This document shows, piece after piece, positions 1 through 10,904 of a DNA stretch of 64,000 nt. Source of the DNA: Mobula birostris (Eukaryota); the NCBI RefSeq assembly GCF_030028105.1, contig NC_092378.1, forward strand, positions 102,351,731-102,415,730. The letters are read 5' to 3'. The notes under the pieces were generated by a model. That model was given only the letters and a program-made list of their open reading frames with translations. It was not told the origin of the DNA and did not search any database. The position numbers and the translations under genes were made by a program. Each line of letters begins with the position of its first letter. The stretch's first letter is position 1.

Positions 1-284
1 TTGTGGGGGCACACCGCTCTTCCAGGGTCTCGTTATCTCGTGATCTCATGGTGTGTGTCGTGCCTTAGCGAATCTGTTCTTTTTATCTCCCTGCTGGGGT
101 ATCGCCTGTCCATTAAACTTCAAACAGTTCAGGTTCAAAGCAACCGGTCCGTCAATACTCTGAAATGTGTTTCTTTCTCATTAATCTCTCTCTTCTCTCT
201 TATTAGCATTTTGAATGTTTCTCCATTGTCTCCCTTATCTCTCTCATCAACATCAATCTTCTGATAACTTGGTTTGTCGTCACA
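1..284. mobile_element. Probable LTR terminus of a second LTR element inserted into the Gypsy pol below; runs off the window
   Basis: The minus-strand Gypsy pol (DELTLD..., then RVVVPP after a frameshift) stops abruptly at 285. The adjacent unrelated sequence ends ...GTCGTCACA, a TG...CA-type LTR end. Confidence 0.5.
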
Positions 285-2876
285 GGTGGTACAACAACTC
301 TGAATCCCCACGTAAGACAACCTCGTCAAGAGTTAGTTCATCCCAGCACTGGTAAAAATAGAGGAAATGGAATTCCTGCTGCACTTTCCAGCCATTTTGG
401 GTTTCCATGTAGACCTGAGACAGTGTGGGGTCTTCTCTGGTTTCCCTCTTGATCATCTCTGCCATAATAGAGAGACTTTTGATTTGTATCAGAGGAGTGT
501 TCTCTTTTGTGAATTTTTCAGGCAATTCCTTTTCCAAAGATAAACAGGACAATCCACCAACATTTCTAAGATTACTTATCTTCTTGAATTCAATCTTGTA
601 TTTGTGTCCTCCAAGAAACAGAGCCCATCTCTGCATTCGTGCTGCTGTTGTTAGTGGAACACCCTTCTGTGGATTGAAAATGGACACCTGTGGTTGATGG
701 TCAGTAATGAGGGAAAACTCTCTCCCATAGAGTACTAGACGAAACGTTTAAAACTCATAAATCAGACTCAAGTCCACTCAGTCAATCAGTGCATGATTTT
801 TCTCTGCAGTGGTAAAGAAACGTGATGTAAAGCCAATGGGTATTCACTTCCATCACTCATGACATGTGACATGACTGCACATACACCATGAGGTGAGGCA
901 TCAGAAGCAAGCTTTACTAGACAATGTGGATCATAATTTGTGTGTACAGTGTGTGTTATCATCATATCCTTTGCCTTTTGGAAAGTCATCTCACACTGCT
1001 TTGTTCATTGCAATTTCTTTCCAATCTGTAGTCATGAGTTCAAGAAATGGAGCACAATAGCTAAGTTTGGTAGAAACTGTTATAGTAATTGACAAATCCT
1101 AAAAAAGACCACAACTTTGGCCATGGGGGCATCTACCACAGCTTGAGTTTTCTCAGCACATTTGTGAAATGCTGTGTGTCAATGGTGTGACCATAGTAAA
1201 TGATGCTTGGTTTAAAGAATTTACACTAGTTGTGTCATGTTCTGACCCATAATCTTCTAATCTTTTTAACAATATCTTGAGATTTTGGAGATGCTCCTTG
1301 TCTCCTTACTGGAATCAATGATGTCATTGGTATAATACTGAGTGCCTGGGCAGGCTTGTAATACCTGGTCCATTGCTTTCTGGCAGACTGCAGGTAAAGA
1401 TACTACTCCAAAAATAGGTTTATTATAGTGAATTCTTAGTGAGCGTTTATGGTGAGAAACACTTTGGACTCTTCTTCCATCTCTATCTGTAGGTAGGCCT
1501 CAGCTAAGATCACTTTGTTGAAGTGTTTCCCTCCAGCAAGGTTTACAAAGATATCCTCTCTCCTGGGAAGATTTTATTTTCAGTACTGGGTTGATGGTGA
1601 CATCAAAATCATCACAGGTCCTGACAAACCCATCCTTCTTGTCTACTGGGGCCACTGGCCCATGGGTTCGACTCAACTCAGCCTCCATACGTTCTAGCTC
1701 ACTGGCTACTTTATCGCGGATGGCATAAGGAACTGCTTTAGATTTGTAAAATGTCTGCATTTTCATTTAACACTATTTTACCCTTGAAATGTTTGAGTTT
1801 TCCAATGCCATTCTTGAACGCCGCTGTGGTATCATCCAATACCAGTCTTAATTCGCTTTCAGTTGTTTCTATTGCAGGGGTTGTGGCATGCAAATAGTGG
1901 ATGAATGTTCAATCAAGTTGTAGTTGTCTCATCCAATCACAGTCCCAATATACTGACCCTCCTATTTTCACTACATACAAGCCCAATGCAACTTGTGGTT
2001 GTTGTATTTCACTGTTACAACTGTCATTCCTGCAGGAGTTATCTATTCGCCGGTATAATTTCTGAGTTGGATATCTGCAGATATTAGTTCAATATATCTG
2101 AAATGCCATTCAAACTCATTTGTAGAATGACTGGAGCAGCCAAGTCAGTATTCAATTACATTTTAATTAATTTGCCATTCACATCCAGTGTAAGCTATAT
2201 TGCTTGTCTCTTTTTAGTTTTCACAACTGAAAATCTCAAGGCTACTCAGTCCTGGGCCACTCCCATCATTTTCAGATTTTTCATCAACAGCATGCAGGTT
2301 GTGCTGTTTTGGAAAATGCATCTTGAGATTTTATCTTTTCTTTGTGCGGTGCATGTATTTTTGTCTGCTTGACATGATCTTTGTCTGTGACCTACCTTAT
2401 CACATTTTCTGCAAGTTTTGCCTTTAAATCTGCATTGGTCTAGAGTATGTGAGCCCCTGCCACAATGGTAACACAATTTTTTCAGCCAGGCAGGTTTCTG
2501 TTTGGACGTCGCAATTTTGTTCACACTCGCGTTCATTCCTGACTGCAACTCAGTTGCATCTCTGGATGCTGTTTCTATTGATGCAGTGATTTCAACTGGT
2601 CTTTTGAATGTGTATTGTGTTTCAGTCAGGTCAGTGCATCATTAAGCCTATCACTGAACCAACAACGCTCAAATAATTTCTTCAATTTAGCCACATAAGC
2701 TGAAATGGGCACCCTTCCTCTTGATTCCGCTGATGAAACCTAAAGCAATCTGCAATCAACAAAGGTTTTAGTTCTAAATATTCTTGTATTATGTTCATTG
2801 TTCAGCAAAACTCATTTCGGCTGGTTTGGTTGGAGCAGTTAAACTTCTAAGCAAGCTGTATGCTTTTCAACCTATT
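285..2876 (-). mobile_element. Degenerate Ty3/Gypsy LTR retrotransposon internal region (gag C-terminus, protease, RT, RNase H, pre-integrase)
   Basis: Minus-strand fragments: zinc knuckles CYHCGRGSHTLDQC and CRKCDKVGH (2246-2548); RT-like VPYAIRDKVASELERME and KKDGFVRTCDDF (1500-1766); RNase H LASDASPHGVCAVMSH (786-989); AARMQRWALFL (280-687). Many stops and frameshifts. Confidence 0.9.
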
Positions 2877-4103
2877 CCAGAGGCCCAATCAGCAGCGGAG
2901 CAGAGTACTTTGATGAGGTTACTCGCAGGTCAACAAATCTTGTATAAAAGGAGAGGTTTGCGGGTGTTCAGACATTCCGGAGGCCCAATCAACGGTGGGA
3001 GCAGAGCACTGTGAAGTAAATAAAAGTACGGAAGGGGCAAGCGGGGCAGCCATTGTTGGGAGTAGGCCAGGGGTGTGAGTAGGAGTATCAGGTTTTGATG
3101 AGAAGAGGCTGAGGCCAAGAAAACAGGTTAGAAAGGTTAGTTACTCATTTTGTTATTGCTGATTTGGTCTTGGTTGCCTGTTGCACAGTGCAGGCAGAAT
3201 GGCAGATATGGCAGTGGAATGCTCCTCCTGTAGGATGTGGAAATTTGCGGAACCTCACGGTCTCCCTGATGACTCCACCTGGGCGAAGTGCAGACAACTC
3301 CAGCTCATGAAAGACTGCATTACGGAGCTGGAGCTGGTGCTGGATGAATTAAGGATCATCCAGGAGACAGAGCAATTGACAGACAAGACGTTTGAGCTGG
3401 TTACACCAGAGTGCAGAATTCAGGGAGTAGATGGTGAACACCAGGAGAGGTAAAGGCAGAAAGAAGTCAGTGCAGGGCCCCCCTGTGGTCATTCCCCTCA
3501 GCAACCTTTGGATACTGCTGAAGGGGGTGACCTATCTGGACAAGGCAACAGCAACCAGACCAACAGCACTGTAGTTGGCCCTGAGCCTTTGAGGGTAGGG
3601 TGAAGTCAGGCGGAGCAATAGTCATAGGGGACTCAACAGTTAAGGGGACAGATAAGGGATTCTGTGACAGCAAAAGAGGGGCCAGGATAGTGTGTTGCCT
3701 CCCAGGTGCTAGGGTCCAGGATGTTTCTGAGTGGTTGCAGAATATTCTTGAAAGGGAGGATGAGCAGCCGGAGGTCGTGGTACATATTGATACAAATAAC
3801 ACAGGCAGGAGAGGGGTAGAGGTTGTGCGCAGTAAGTTTCGGGAGTTAAGAAAGAGGCTGAAGAGCAGAACCACTGAGGTGGTAATCTCCGGATTACTCC
3901 CGGTGCCACAAGTTAGGGAAGGTCAGAACAGGAAAATAGCACAGACAAATGAGTGGCTGAAGAGATGGTGCATCGGGCAGGGTTTCAAGTTCTTGAATCG
4001 TTGGAATCTTTTCTGGAGAAGGGGTGACCTGTACAAGTGGGATGTGTTGCCCCTGAACTAGAGGGAAACCAATATCCTGGGAGGAAGGTTTGCTAATGTT
4101 ACT

Positions 4104-4525
4104 CAGTCAGTCAGTGGGTGCCGAGATTGGTGGCTATGCACCTCCATCTTCTTCGATCTTGCGACAGCACCGAGTACAGCCTCTCCTCCAGTCTGTTCTC
4201 GCTGGCTGCCTTGACACCGCCCGCCGCTGCCCCCGCCGAACTTGAGCCCAAGGCCGTGTCAGCCCCCAGCCGCGGCCTCTTCTTCGAGCTCGGCCCTTCC
4301 TTAGGCGGAGGCCTTGGGCAGGTCCAGGCACACGGTGCAGTGCCCAAGTTCATCATGTCTCTTCTAACTAAGTGCATAGCATACGATTTGAAGAGACGTG
4401 GTGAGGCTTTAATCTCTTCCACGGAAGATGGTTGTTGGCTCACAAGGAGCTCATCCGCCCTTTGTCAGCTCTTGTTTCTTTTAGTCCTGCTGGGTGTCCT
4501 CACACCCTCCTCTCCAGACTACATC
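4104..4525 (-). mobile_element. RTE-clade LINE 3' fragment with (CTGA)n tail, carrying a captured host-gene segment
   Basis: The minus strand gives a degenerate EMW.WRR.LR.P..TKRNKS...HLVRRDMMNL (4342-4525) and QDRRRWRCIATNLGTH* (4111-4163), followed by ctgactgactga. These resemble RTE ORF C-termini and short-repeat tails. Confidence 0.55.
4164..4340 (-). pseudogene. ZFTRAF1: Circularly permuted fragment of a ZFTRAF1/CYHR1-like coding sequence
   Basis: Minus 4340-4306 encodes [11 protein letters not shown]. Minus 4305-4164 encodes PKEGPSSKKRPRLG...[12 protein letters not shown]. I recall CYHR1/ZFTRAF1 as [24 protein letters not shown], so the two parts are swapped. Confidence 0.8.
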
Positions 4526-4930
4526 TATTGGGGAGGGTTTAAACTAGATTTGCAGGGGGTGGGAACCGAAGTGACGAGACAGAGGGGCAGTTGCGCACAA
4601 GTAGTGACAGCTTGTAAGGATTTGTGAGGAAGGATAGACAGGTGATAGAGCCAAGATGCACTCAGCCAGATGGTTTGAGATGTCTCTATTTTAATGCAAG
4701 GACTATCATAAACAAGGTGGATGAACTCTCCCCCACCAAAAATAGTCATGTCCTCATGACTTTGAGATAATTTATCACTATAACACTAAGTTTCAAAGGA
4801 ATTTCATGATGTCAGGACCTCCAATCCATGTGTGAATTGGCAGTGATATATCTCACTAAGGGAATAGTTGCAACACGCTGTTCCCTGGTGCGACATACGC
4901 CAGTCTATCTGAGGGTTTCCTCCAAGGTAT

Positions 4931-5467
4931 CCCACTTGGAGTACTTTGTTCAGTTCTGCTCACCTCAGTACAGGAAGGATGTGGCTACTATGGAGAGAGT
5001 GCAGAGAAGATTTACAAGGATGTTGCCTGGATTGGAGAGCATGCCTTACGAGAATAGGTTGAGTGAACTTGGTCTTTTCTCCTTGGAGTGACAGAGGATG
5101 AGAGGTGACCTGATAGAGGTGTATAAGATGATGAGAGGCATTGATTGTGTGGCTAGCCAGGGGCTTTCTTCCCAGGGCTGAAATGGCTAACACGAGGGGG
5201 CATCATTTTAAGGTGCTTGGAAGTAGGTACAGGGGGGATGTCAGAGCTAAGTTTTTCACACAGAGAGTAGTGGGTGCGTGGAATGCACTGCCAGCGGTGG
5301 TGGTAGAGGTGGATACAATAAGGTCTTTTAAGGTACATGGTATTTAGAAAAATAGAAGGCTATGTGGTGGAGAAATTCTAGGCAGCTTCTAGAGTAGATT
5401 ATATGGTCAGCACAACATTGTGGGCCGAAAGGCCTGTAATGTGCTGTAGATTTCTGTGTTCTATGTT
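4931..5467 (+). mobile_element. CR1 LINE 3' end with (TTCTATG)n-type tail
   Basis: HLEYFVQFCSPQYRKDVATMERVQRRFTRMLPGL; FFTQRVVGAWNALP; tail ttctgtgttctatgttcta. Confidence 0.92.
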
Positions 5468-5948
5468 CTATTGCACTCAACAACACTGGCACTCATTTTT
5501 CATTGGCTATTTCATTTGCTTCTAAATACTCTTCAATTTGTTCAGTTTACATCAGGTATCTGCCGTGCAAACAAGCGCATCTATCTTTTCAATGTATCCA
5601 GCCATTTCTGCTTTTTTATTTTATTATTATTGTTACCTGGTACTTATTATTTATGGCTGCTTATTAATTTTGTTCATTTTCTGCCTTTTTTTAAGCTTGA
5701 ATGTCTCTTTCCCCTTCTGAAGAATAATGTGCAGTGCTTTTTAAACCCTAAAGTATTTCTCCCCTTGAAAGAAAAACGTGCTGCACTTTTTTTTTAACTC
5801 TATCATTTCTCTCCCCTTTGAAAGAAGAATGTGCTGTGTTTTTTTTTCTTGAATGTCTCTCTCTGTCTCCCCTTCTGATAGAAAATGTGCTGCATTTCAA
5901 CTGGTAGGTAGTTGCCTTGGGTTTACTTTAAACCTTCCTCATCACCAC
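5468..5948 (-). mobile_element. Gypsy gag N-terminus, 5' leader with short repeats, and PBS (continuation of the 285-2876 element)
   Basis: The minus strand reads MAGYIEKIDA...EQIEEYLEANEIANEK*VPVLLSA, which joins IG*KAYSLLRSLTAPTKPAE below 2876. PBS-like TGGTGATGAGG lies next to the LTR. Three copies of a (GAATG)TCTCT..CCCCTT.TGA..AA.ATGTGC.G unit occur at about 5699-5897. Confidence 0.8.
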
Positions 5949-6214
5949 TGTTCTGTTTTGTAACTACAGATATTAATTGAAAGAAAAACACGGAAGCCAG
6001 GATATGTTTTGTACAGTCAGTTCTCCATCAGTAAGACCACAGAAGTGACATGGTGGCATAATGATATATGTTATTCAGTCACTTCTTACATGTAACCCAT
6101 AATGAATTATGTAAACAAACAAAAATGCTTAATCAAACAACATATTTACAATATTATTCAAATATTACTTATTACTTATTACTTACTTACTTATTAAATA
6201 TTGAATACACTACA
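5949..6214 (-). mobile_element. 5' LTR of the Gypsy element
   Basis: The minus strand begins TGTAGTGTATTC (6214) and ends ...CAGAACA (5949), immediately before the PBS. Confidence 0.75.
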
Positions 6215-7569
6215 GGGAGATTGAAAGGAGAAAGGTTCATTTTGCAGCAAAAATGTCCAGCCCATGACCTTCTCCAAACAATGATCGGCAGGGAAAGAGA
6301 CCATACTTACAGTATCATGGCCCATCATGCACTAGGATACTGCAGGAACCCATAGTTTCCATCACATGATACAACTGAGCTCTTGCTGTGAATAGTAGTC
6401 TGAAGACTCAATGTGACCATGACCATGCAGGTTTTTGACACCCAGACAGCTGTCAGTAACCAATTCTGTGTCCTGAAAACAAGTACCTTAAGCATGCTTC
6501 AAGCAATGTGGATCATCTTGTGCCTTTTGAGGTTCCACCACAGTATGACCATAAGTGATCAAAGCTTGACATAAAATATTTCACAGCTACCTTACCTGTG
6601 TCTACCTTGTCCTTGGTATCCAACTTAGCTGAGGTTGAGAAAGACCAATTCAATGAGGTGCAGGGAGGATGGACCAACTTTTGTCAAGAAGTCAAGGTTC
6701 AAATTTCTTCAGTGCATGAATTTCTGAGCTGTGTTGCAAGGACAATCCTCTGATGGCTTCATTCAACATACTTGGAGACCAATTAGGTAAGGTTTGTATG
6801 CAATTCATATAACCCTAAGAGTTGGAGTAAGTTCCAAAGTTATGGTACAGGGGTTAAAACATTCTTCTTCAGAGAGAAGAAGATTAATTATTGGAATTCA
6901 ACTTCAACTCAGTGTTTCTTGTTTACATTTTGAGACACGGAAGAATACGGCAGTCATGTCGAAAGATAGTGCTCCATAGTCAGACCTGAGGCCTGATAAA
7001 GAAGAACATGGGAAATTATCAAAACACTAGACATTGCCTTTTCAAAGCAGAAATTCTATCAAGTTTGGGCAATACTCTATGTTGAATAATGCTTTCAGGA
7101 TTATTTCAGCATTAAATGAGTCCTGTGCTCTGCAATTCATATGGCATGGATTTCAGTTTCAAATAGAATGTAAATCAGTGAAGAAAGCCAAAGTGTCCAC
7201 TTCTGGTCGTACCAGGAATAAAATGGCAGATCTGGGATTATTAGCAGGGTTCATAGGTTATGTTAGTGTTGTGTATGGGATGTCCTTGATCAGGGGTTTA
7301 TTGGGCTTTCTGGTAAACAGGAGTTTTGTGAGTGATTTAGGGATATCCAAATACTGAGGTGAGAATGGGGTGTTAACGCAGTGATGCTTGATTTTCTCTG
7401 GGGTCACTTTATGAATATGAGAACCCAGAGTTTGTCAGAGATGAAAATCATTGCCCTCCTACAAAACTGGGAAATAATGATTTCAGCAAATACTCAGTTA
7501 AATAATACTAAGACATACAGGTTAACATTGGAGCAATAACTCTCTTGGTGGCCTTCCCACCTCCAAAGG

Positions 7570-7905
7570 CTGTGACAGCCTCAGTGCAATATTGAGGGAG
7601 TCCTGTATTCTCAGAACTCATCTCTCGTGTGGTTGTAAAAGATACTCGCAGTGCTGTTTCAAAGAAAAGCAAATGAGTTATGGTCTCCCATGCCCTGGTC
7701 AACTTGTATCCTACATATATTATTTGATATGAGTTAAAGTGGATAATTCAGTGATTTCTTGAATTACTGCTTGGGGGAGTTTGCAGTATGCACATTAGTT
7801 CTATATCACAGCAGTGACTATATTTCAAAAAGTGTTTCATTAGCCAGGAAGCATTTTAAAACCTTTTGAGATTGTGAAACACACTGCATAAATTCAGCTT
7901 TCTTC
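7570..7905 (+). mobile_element. Degenerate Deu-domain SINE (SacSINE1/AmnSINE1-like)
   Basis: Recognisable blocks: CAGTGCAATATTGAGGGAGT, GTAAAAGAT, CCCTGGTCAAC, CAGTGACTATATTTCAAAAGT and GTGAAACACACTGCATAAAT. Confidence 0.65.
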
Positions 7906-8693
7906 AGCTTGCATAAAACATGGATTATATTCCCTTGGGTTTTAGAACTCAGTTATAATGCTTAGCTGTTAATATGACTTCTCCTTTAAACACAACTGCC
8001 TAAGTTCTCCCTGGAGCTGTTGTAAACTCCTCAGAATGACTAGCAGTCAGTAGGTCTTTTCGGAAAATTGCATCAAAAAAGTGGAACTCCGTACCATTTT
8101 TGTTCTTCCCTTTAAAGATTTTGTGACATATTTCAGTATCTAGTCTGTGATGTCAAATATGTCTCTAATATATATTGCATAATAGATAGATGTTATGTTA
8201 GCTATTAGAGAACATTTAATATTTCATAGCAAACAACAGCAACCTCTATTTACCTTGCAGAGGAGAGTTTACACAGAGTCGCTAATCTTCACAGCTGTAT
8301 AATTATTTTCCGAGTTTACAAGCATTCCTCAGAAAAGCTGCTTGAACCTTAAAAATGTGGTAATCAATCAGAAAGTACAGCATGCTGGGGGAAGATTCAT
8401 TAATTAAAATAGGTTTACTGCCAATCATATTTAAGAGCAGGTACAATGTTGCGCCCTGCTCTTGCCCTGTTCCTGCTTGTGAGCTTCTGTGCAGGCTAGG
8501 ATGTTCTGGGGGCTGAAGTGAGGTGAGCGAAAGGGGACAAAGCCTGATGTATGAGTGCATCACCAAGGTGAGAAAGCACTGGAGGCTGGAACAGGTCAAC
8601 ATCCATTTCACAGAAGGAATAAATGAAAAACGAGGAATGCTAGAAATGCACAACAGGTCTGGTAGCATCAATGGAGAGAGAACCAGTTAAAGT

Positions 8694-8995
8694 TTATTTA
8701 TTTATTTATTTATTTGTGATACAATGTGGAGTAAGCCCTTCCAGCACTTCCAGCCCTTTGAACCACACCATTCAGCAACCCCCAATTTAACCCTAGTCTA
8801 ATCATGGGACAATTTATACTGGCCGATTAACCTACCAACCAGTACATCTGCGGATTGTGAGAGGGAACTGGAGCACCCAGAAGAAACCCACACGATCGTG
8901 GTGAGAAAGTACCAACTCCTTACAGACAGCAGAAAGAATTGAGCCCTGGTACTGTAAAGCGCTGTGCTAACCACTACACTTCTGTGCCATCCCAA
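8694..8995 (-). mobile_element. tRNA-derived V-SINE (HE1-like) with (TAAA)n tail
   Basis: Minus strand: GTGTAGTGGTTAGCAC (box A-like), V-domain GTGGGTTTCTTCTGGGTGCTCCAGTTCC...GGTTAATCGG. (ttta)n at 8692-8716. Confidence 0.8.
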
Positions 8996-9403
8996 GGTAC
9001 AGATCGATGACTTTGGTCAGAAAGTTAAGGCAAGTGCAAAAGCTGTTCATGGACTAATATTATCTAGTTGGGTTTCACATGCCTAAATGTTTATTTAGCG
9101 TCCCCCTCAGCTTTGCTTGTAGAAAATCATTTGAAAGTGTTGCCGCAATCAGTAATGATACTAGTTACGAAGTGATTATTAGCAAAGGTTCATGTAAGGC
9201 CACGTGAAGTGCCGGATAGGTCCTCGGTGTAACATTCCTCCAGGGACAGTACCTGAGGCTCTAATTGCACAGCATCAGTCTGCGTGCCTGAGGTTCCACT
9301 GTGTTGCTTAGGCCCGTTGTCTCTCACTTCAACATGAAAGTGCTGCTATTGAGTCAAGTTGTTAAAGACCAACACTTGTGTAAAGCAAGGTTGAATTACA
9401 GAA

Positions 9404-9840
9404 CAAACAACATAGAGAGAAAAAAAATTCTCTAACTTCCGCTAATGCCCCACCTCCCCCTCGTACCCCATCCGTTATTTATTTTTATATACACATTCTT
9501 TCTCTCACTCTCCTTTTTCTCCCTCTGCCCCTCTGACTATACTCCTTCCCATCCTCTGGGTTCCCCCCCCCCCGCTTGTCTTTCTCCCCGGATCTCCAGT
9601 CCCATGATCCTCTCATATCCCCTTTGCCAATCACCTGTCCAGCTCTTGGCTCCATCCCTCCCCCTCCTGTCTTCTCCTATCATTTTGGATCTCCCCCTCC
9701 CCCTCCAACTTTCAAATCCCTTACTCACTCTTCCTTCAGTTAGTCCTGACGAAGGGTCTCGGCCTGAAACGTCGACTGCACCTCTTCCTACAGATGCTGC
9801 CTGGCCTGCTGCGTTCACCAGCAACTTTGATGTGTGTTGC
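9404..9840 (+). mobile_element. Penelope-type terminal repeat insertion with a hammerhead core and a 13-bp TSD
   Basis: TTGAATTACAGAA occurs at 9391-9403 and 9841-9853. The pyrimidine-rich body ends CCTGACGAAGGGTCTCGGCCTGAAACGTCGAC...GATGCTGCCTGGCCTGCTG. Confidence 0.75.
9742..9776 (+). ncRNA. Minimal type I hammerhead ribozyme motif
   Basis: AGTC-CTGACGA-AGG(GTCTCGG)CCT-GAAAC-GTC-GACT: conserved CUGANGA and GAAA boxes, stem I AGUC/GACU, palindromic ACGU stem III and a GUC cleavage triplet. Confidence 0.7.
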
Positions 9841-10904
9841 TTGAATTACAGAAGAGCTTTTCCAGGGGTATTTCTTTTTTGGTGTGGGTTTGTTGAATTT
9901 GTGTTTAAGATTAATGTAAAAAAATGTGCATAACTTAATTCACTTGACACTGGGATGATGCCATCATTCAAAATCTGAACCTTCTAATGCATATAGCAAA
10001 CATTTCTCACCATCCTTAATTCTCACTGTGAAGATATGCCCAAAATAGTCTTTCAGGTTCCAACAATGACCTCATTGCTGTCTCTGTGCACTGTACAGAA
10101 GATGATTGACAGCTATCAGGATTGCAAAACAAGAAGATGGTCAAGGTCTTCAGGTGACATCCTAAACCTGATAGCTTTGCTTAAAATGAATGACAGTGAT
10201 TGAGCGTTCCTTAAACAGGGTCAATTTTGCAAGGGTGCTTGCAGCCTTGCAGAAGTCACAATTTAATGTGCTGTAGATTGGGCATTTTTGATAGTAAATT
10301 CGTTTTAGACTTAGTGTCACTGAACTCCTTTTGCATCACATTACTGTCAACAGACTCTTTTGGTTTAAATCTAATAGTGGCTGATTCCTTTGATTCAGTA
10401 GTGAAGGCTGACATTTGGAAATAATATTGAAAATGTAATGCCAAGGATGGCAATTAGTTATGGTGCAAGAATCTGGGATAAGTGAATCTTCAAACAGAAC
10501 AGAGCAGCATGCAGCATCCTAAATCTTTCCGCATTGGATGGAGTAGACCACTCACTGGTCGACAGTGCAAGGGGCATGGGAGGAAATGCAATGTGTAGGA
10601 GAGAGAGTACATAGATTGAAGGAGAGTCAGTGTTTGGGTAGTGTCCGTAGCAGGATCCAAAACGTTGATTGTCCATTTCTCCCCGCAGATTCTGTCCGAC
10701 CTGACGGTTCCTCTGTCTTCCTGTTTGTTGCTCTAGATTCCAGCGTCTGCCTCTCTTGTGTCTCGGGGAGTGTAGATGTGATGTGAGAGGAGATTTATCG
10801 GGTGGGAGAAGTTCACAATGGGGAGAGTTTATATGGAGTGTGGGAGAAAAATCAGTGGGTGAGTCATAGAGGAGAATATATATGGGTTGAGGGATGACAT
10901 TTCA

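Larger units (their letters stand above)
2877..4727 (+). mobile_element. CR1 LINE 5' portion (5' UTR, ORF1 with Cys motif and SGNH esterase domain, start of ORF2), interrupted at 4104-4525
   Basis: AVECSSCRMW (3181-3453); IVIGDSTVKG...CLPGARVQDV...VVVHIDTNN...ISGLLPVP (3600-4061). 4529-4727 aligns with the CR1 copy at about 15028-15233. Confidence 0.9.

Noticed and set aside
4111-4443. 110-aa minus-strand ORF as a functional ZFTRAF1 exon
   Set aside because: The gene segments are out of order and in different frames, and they are embedded in TEs without splice sites.
4118-4627. 169-aa plus-strand ORF as a novel gene
   Set aside because: It is the antisense of the RTE/ZFTRAF1 chimera running into CR1 sequence, with no independent gene signals.
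5699-5897. Spaced direct repeats superficially like a CRISPR array
   Set aside because: Degenerate repeats in the Gypsy 5' leader of a eukaryotic genome, with no cas genes and no regular unique spacers.
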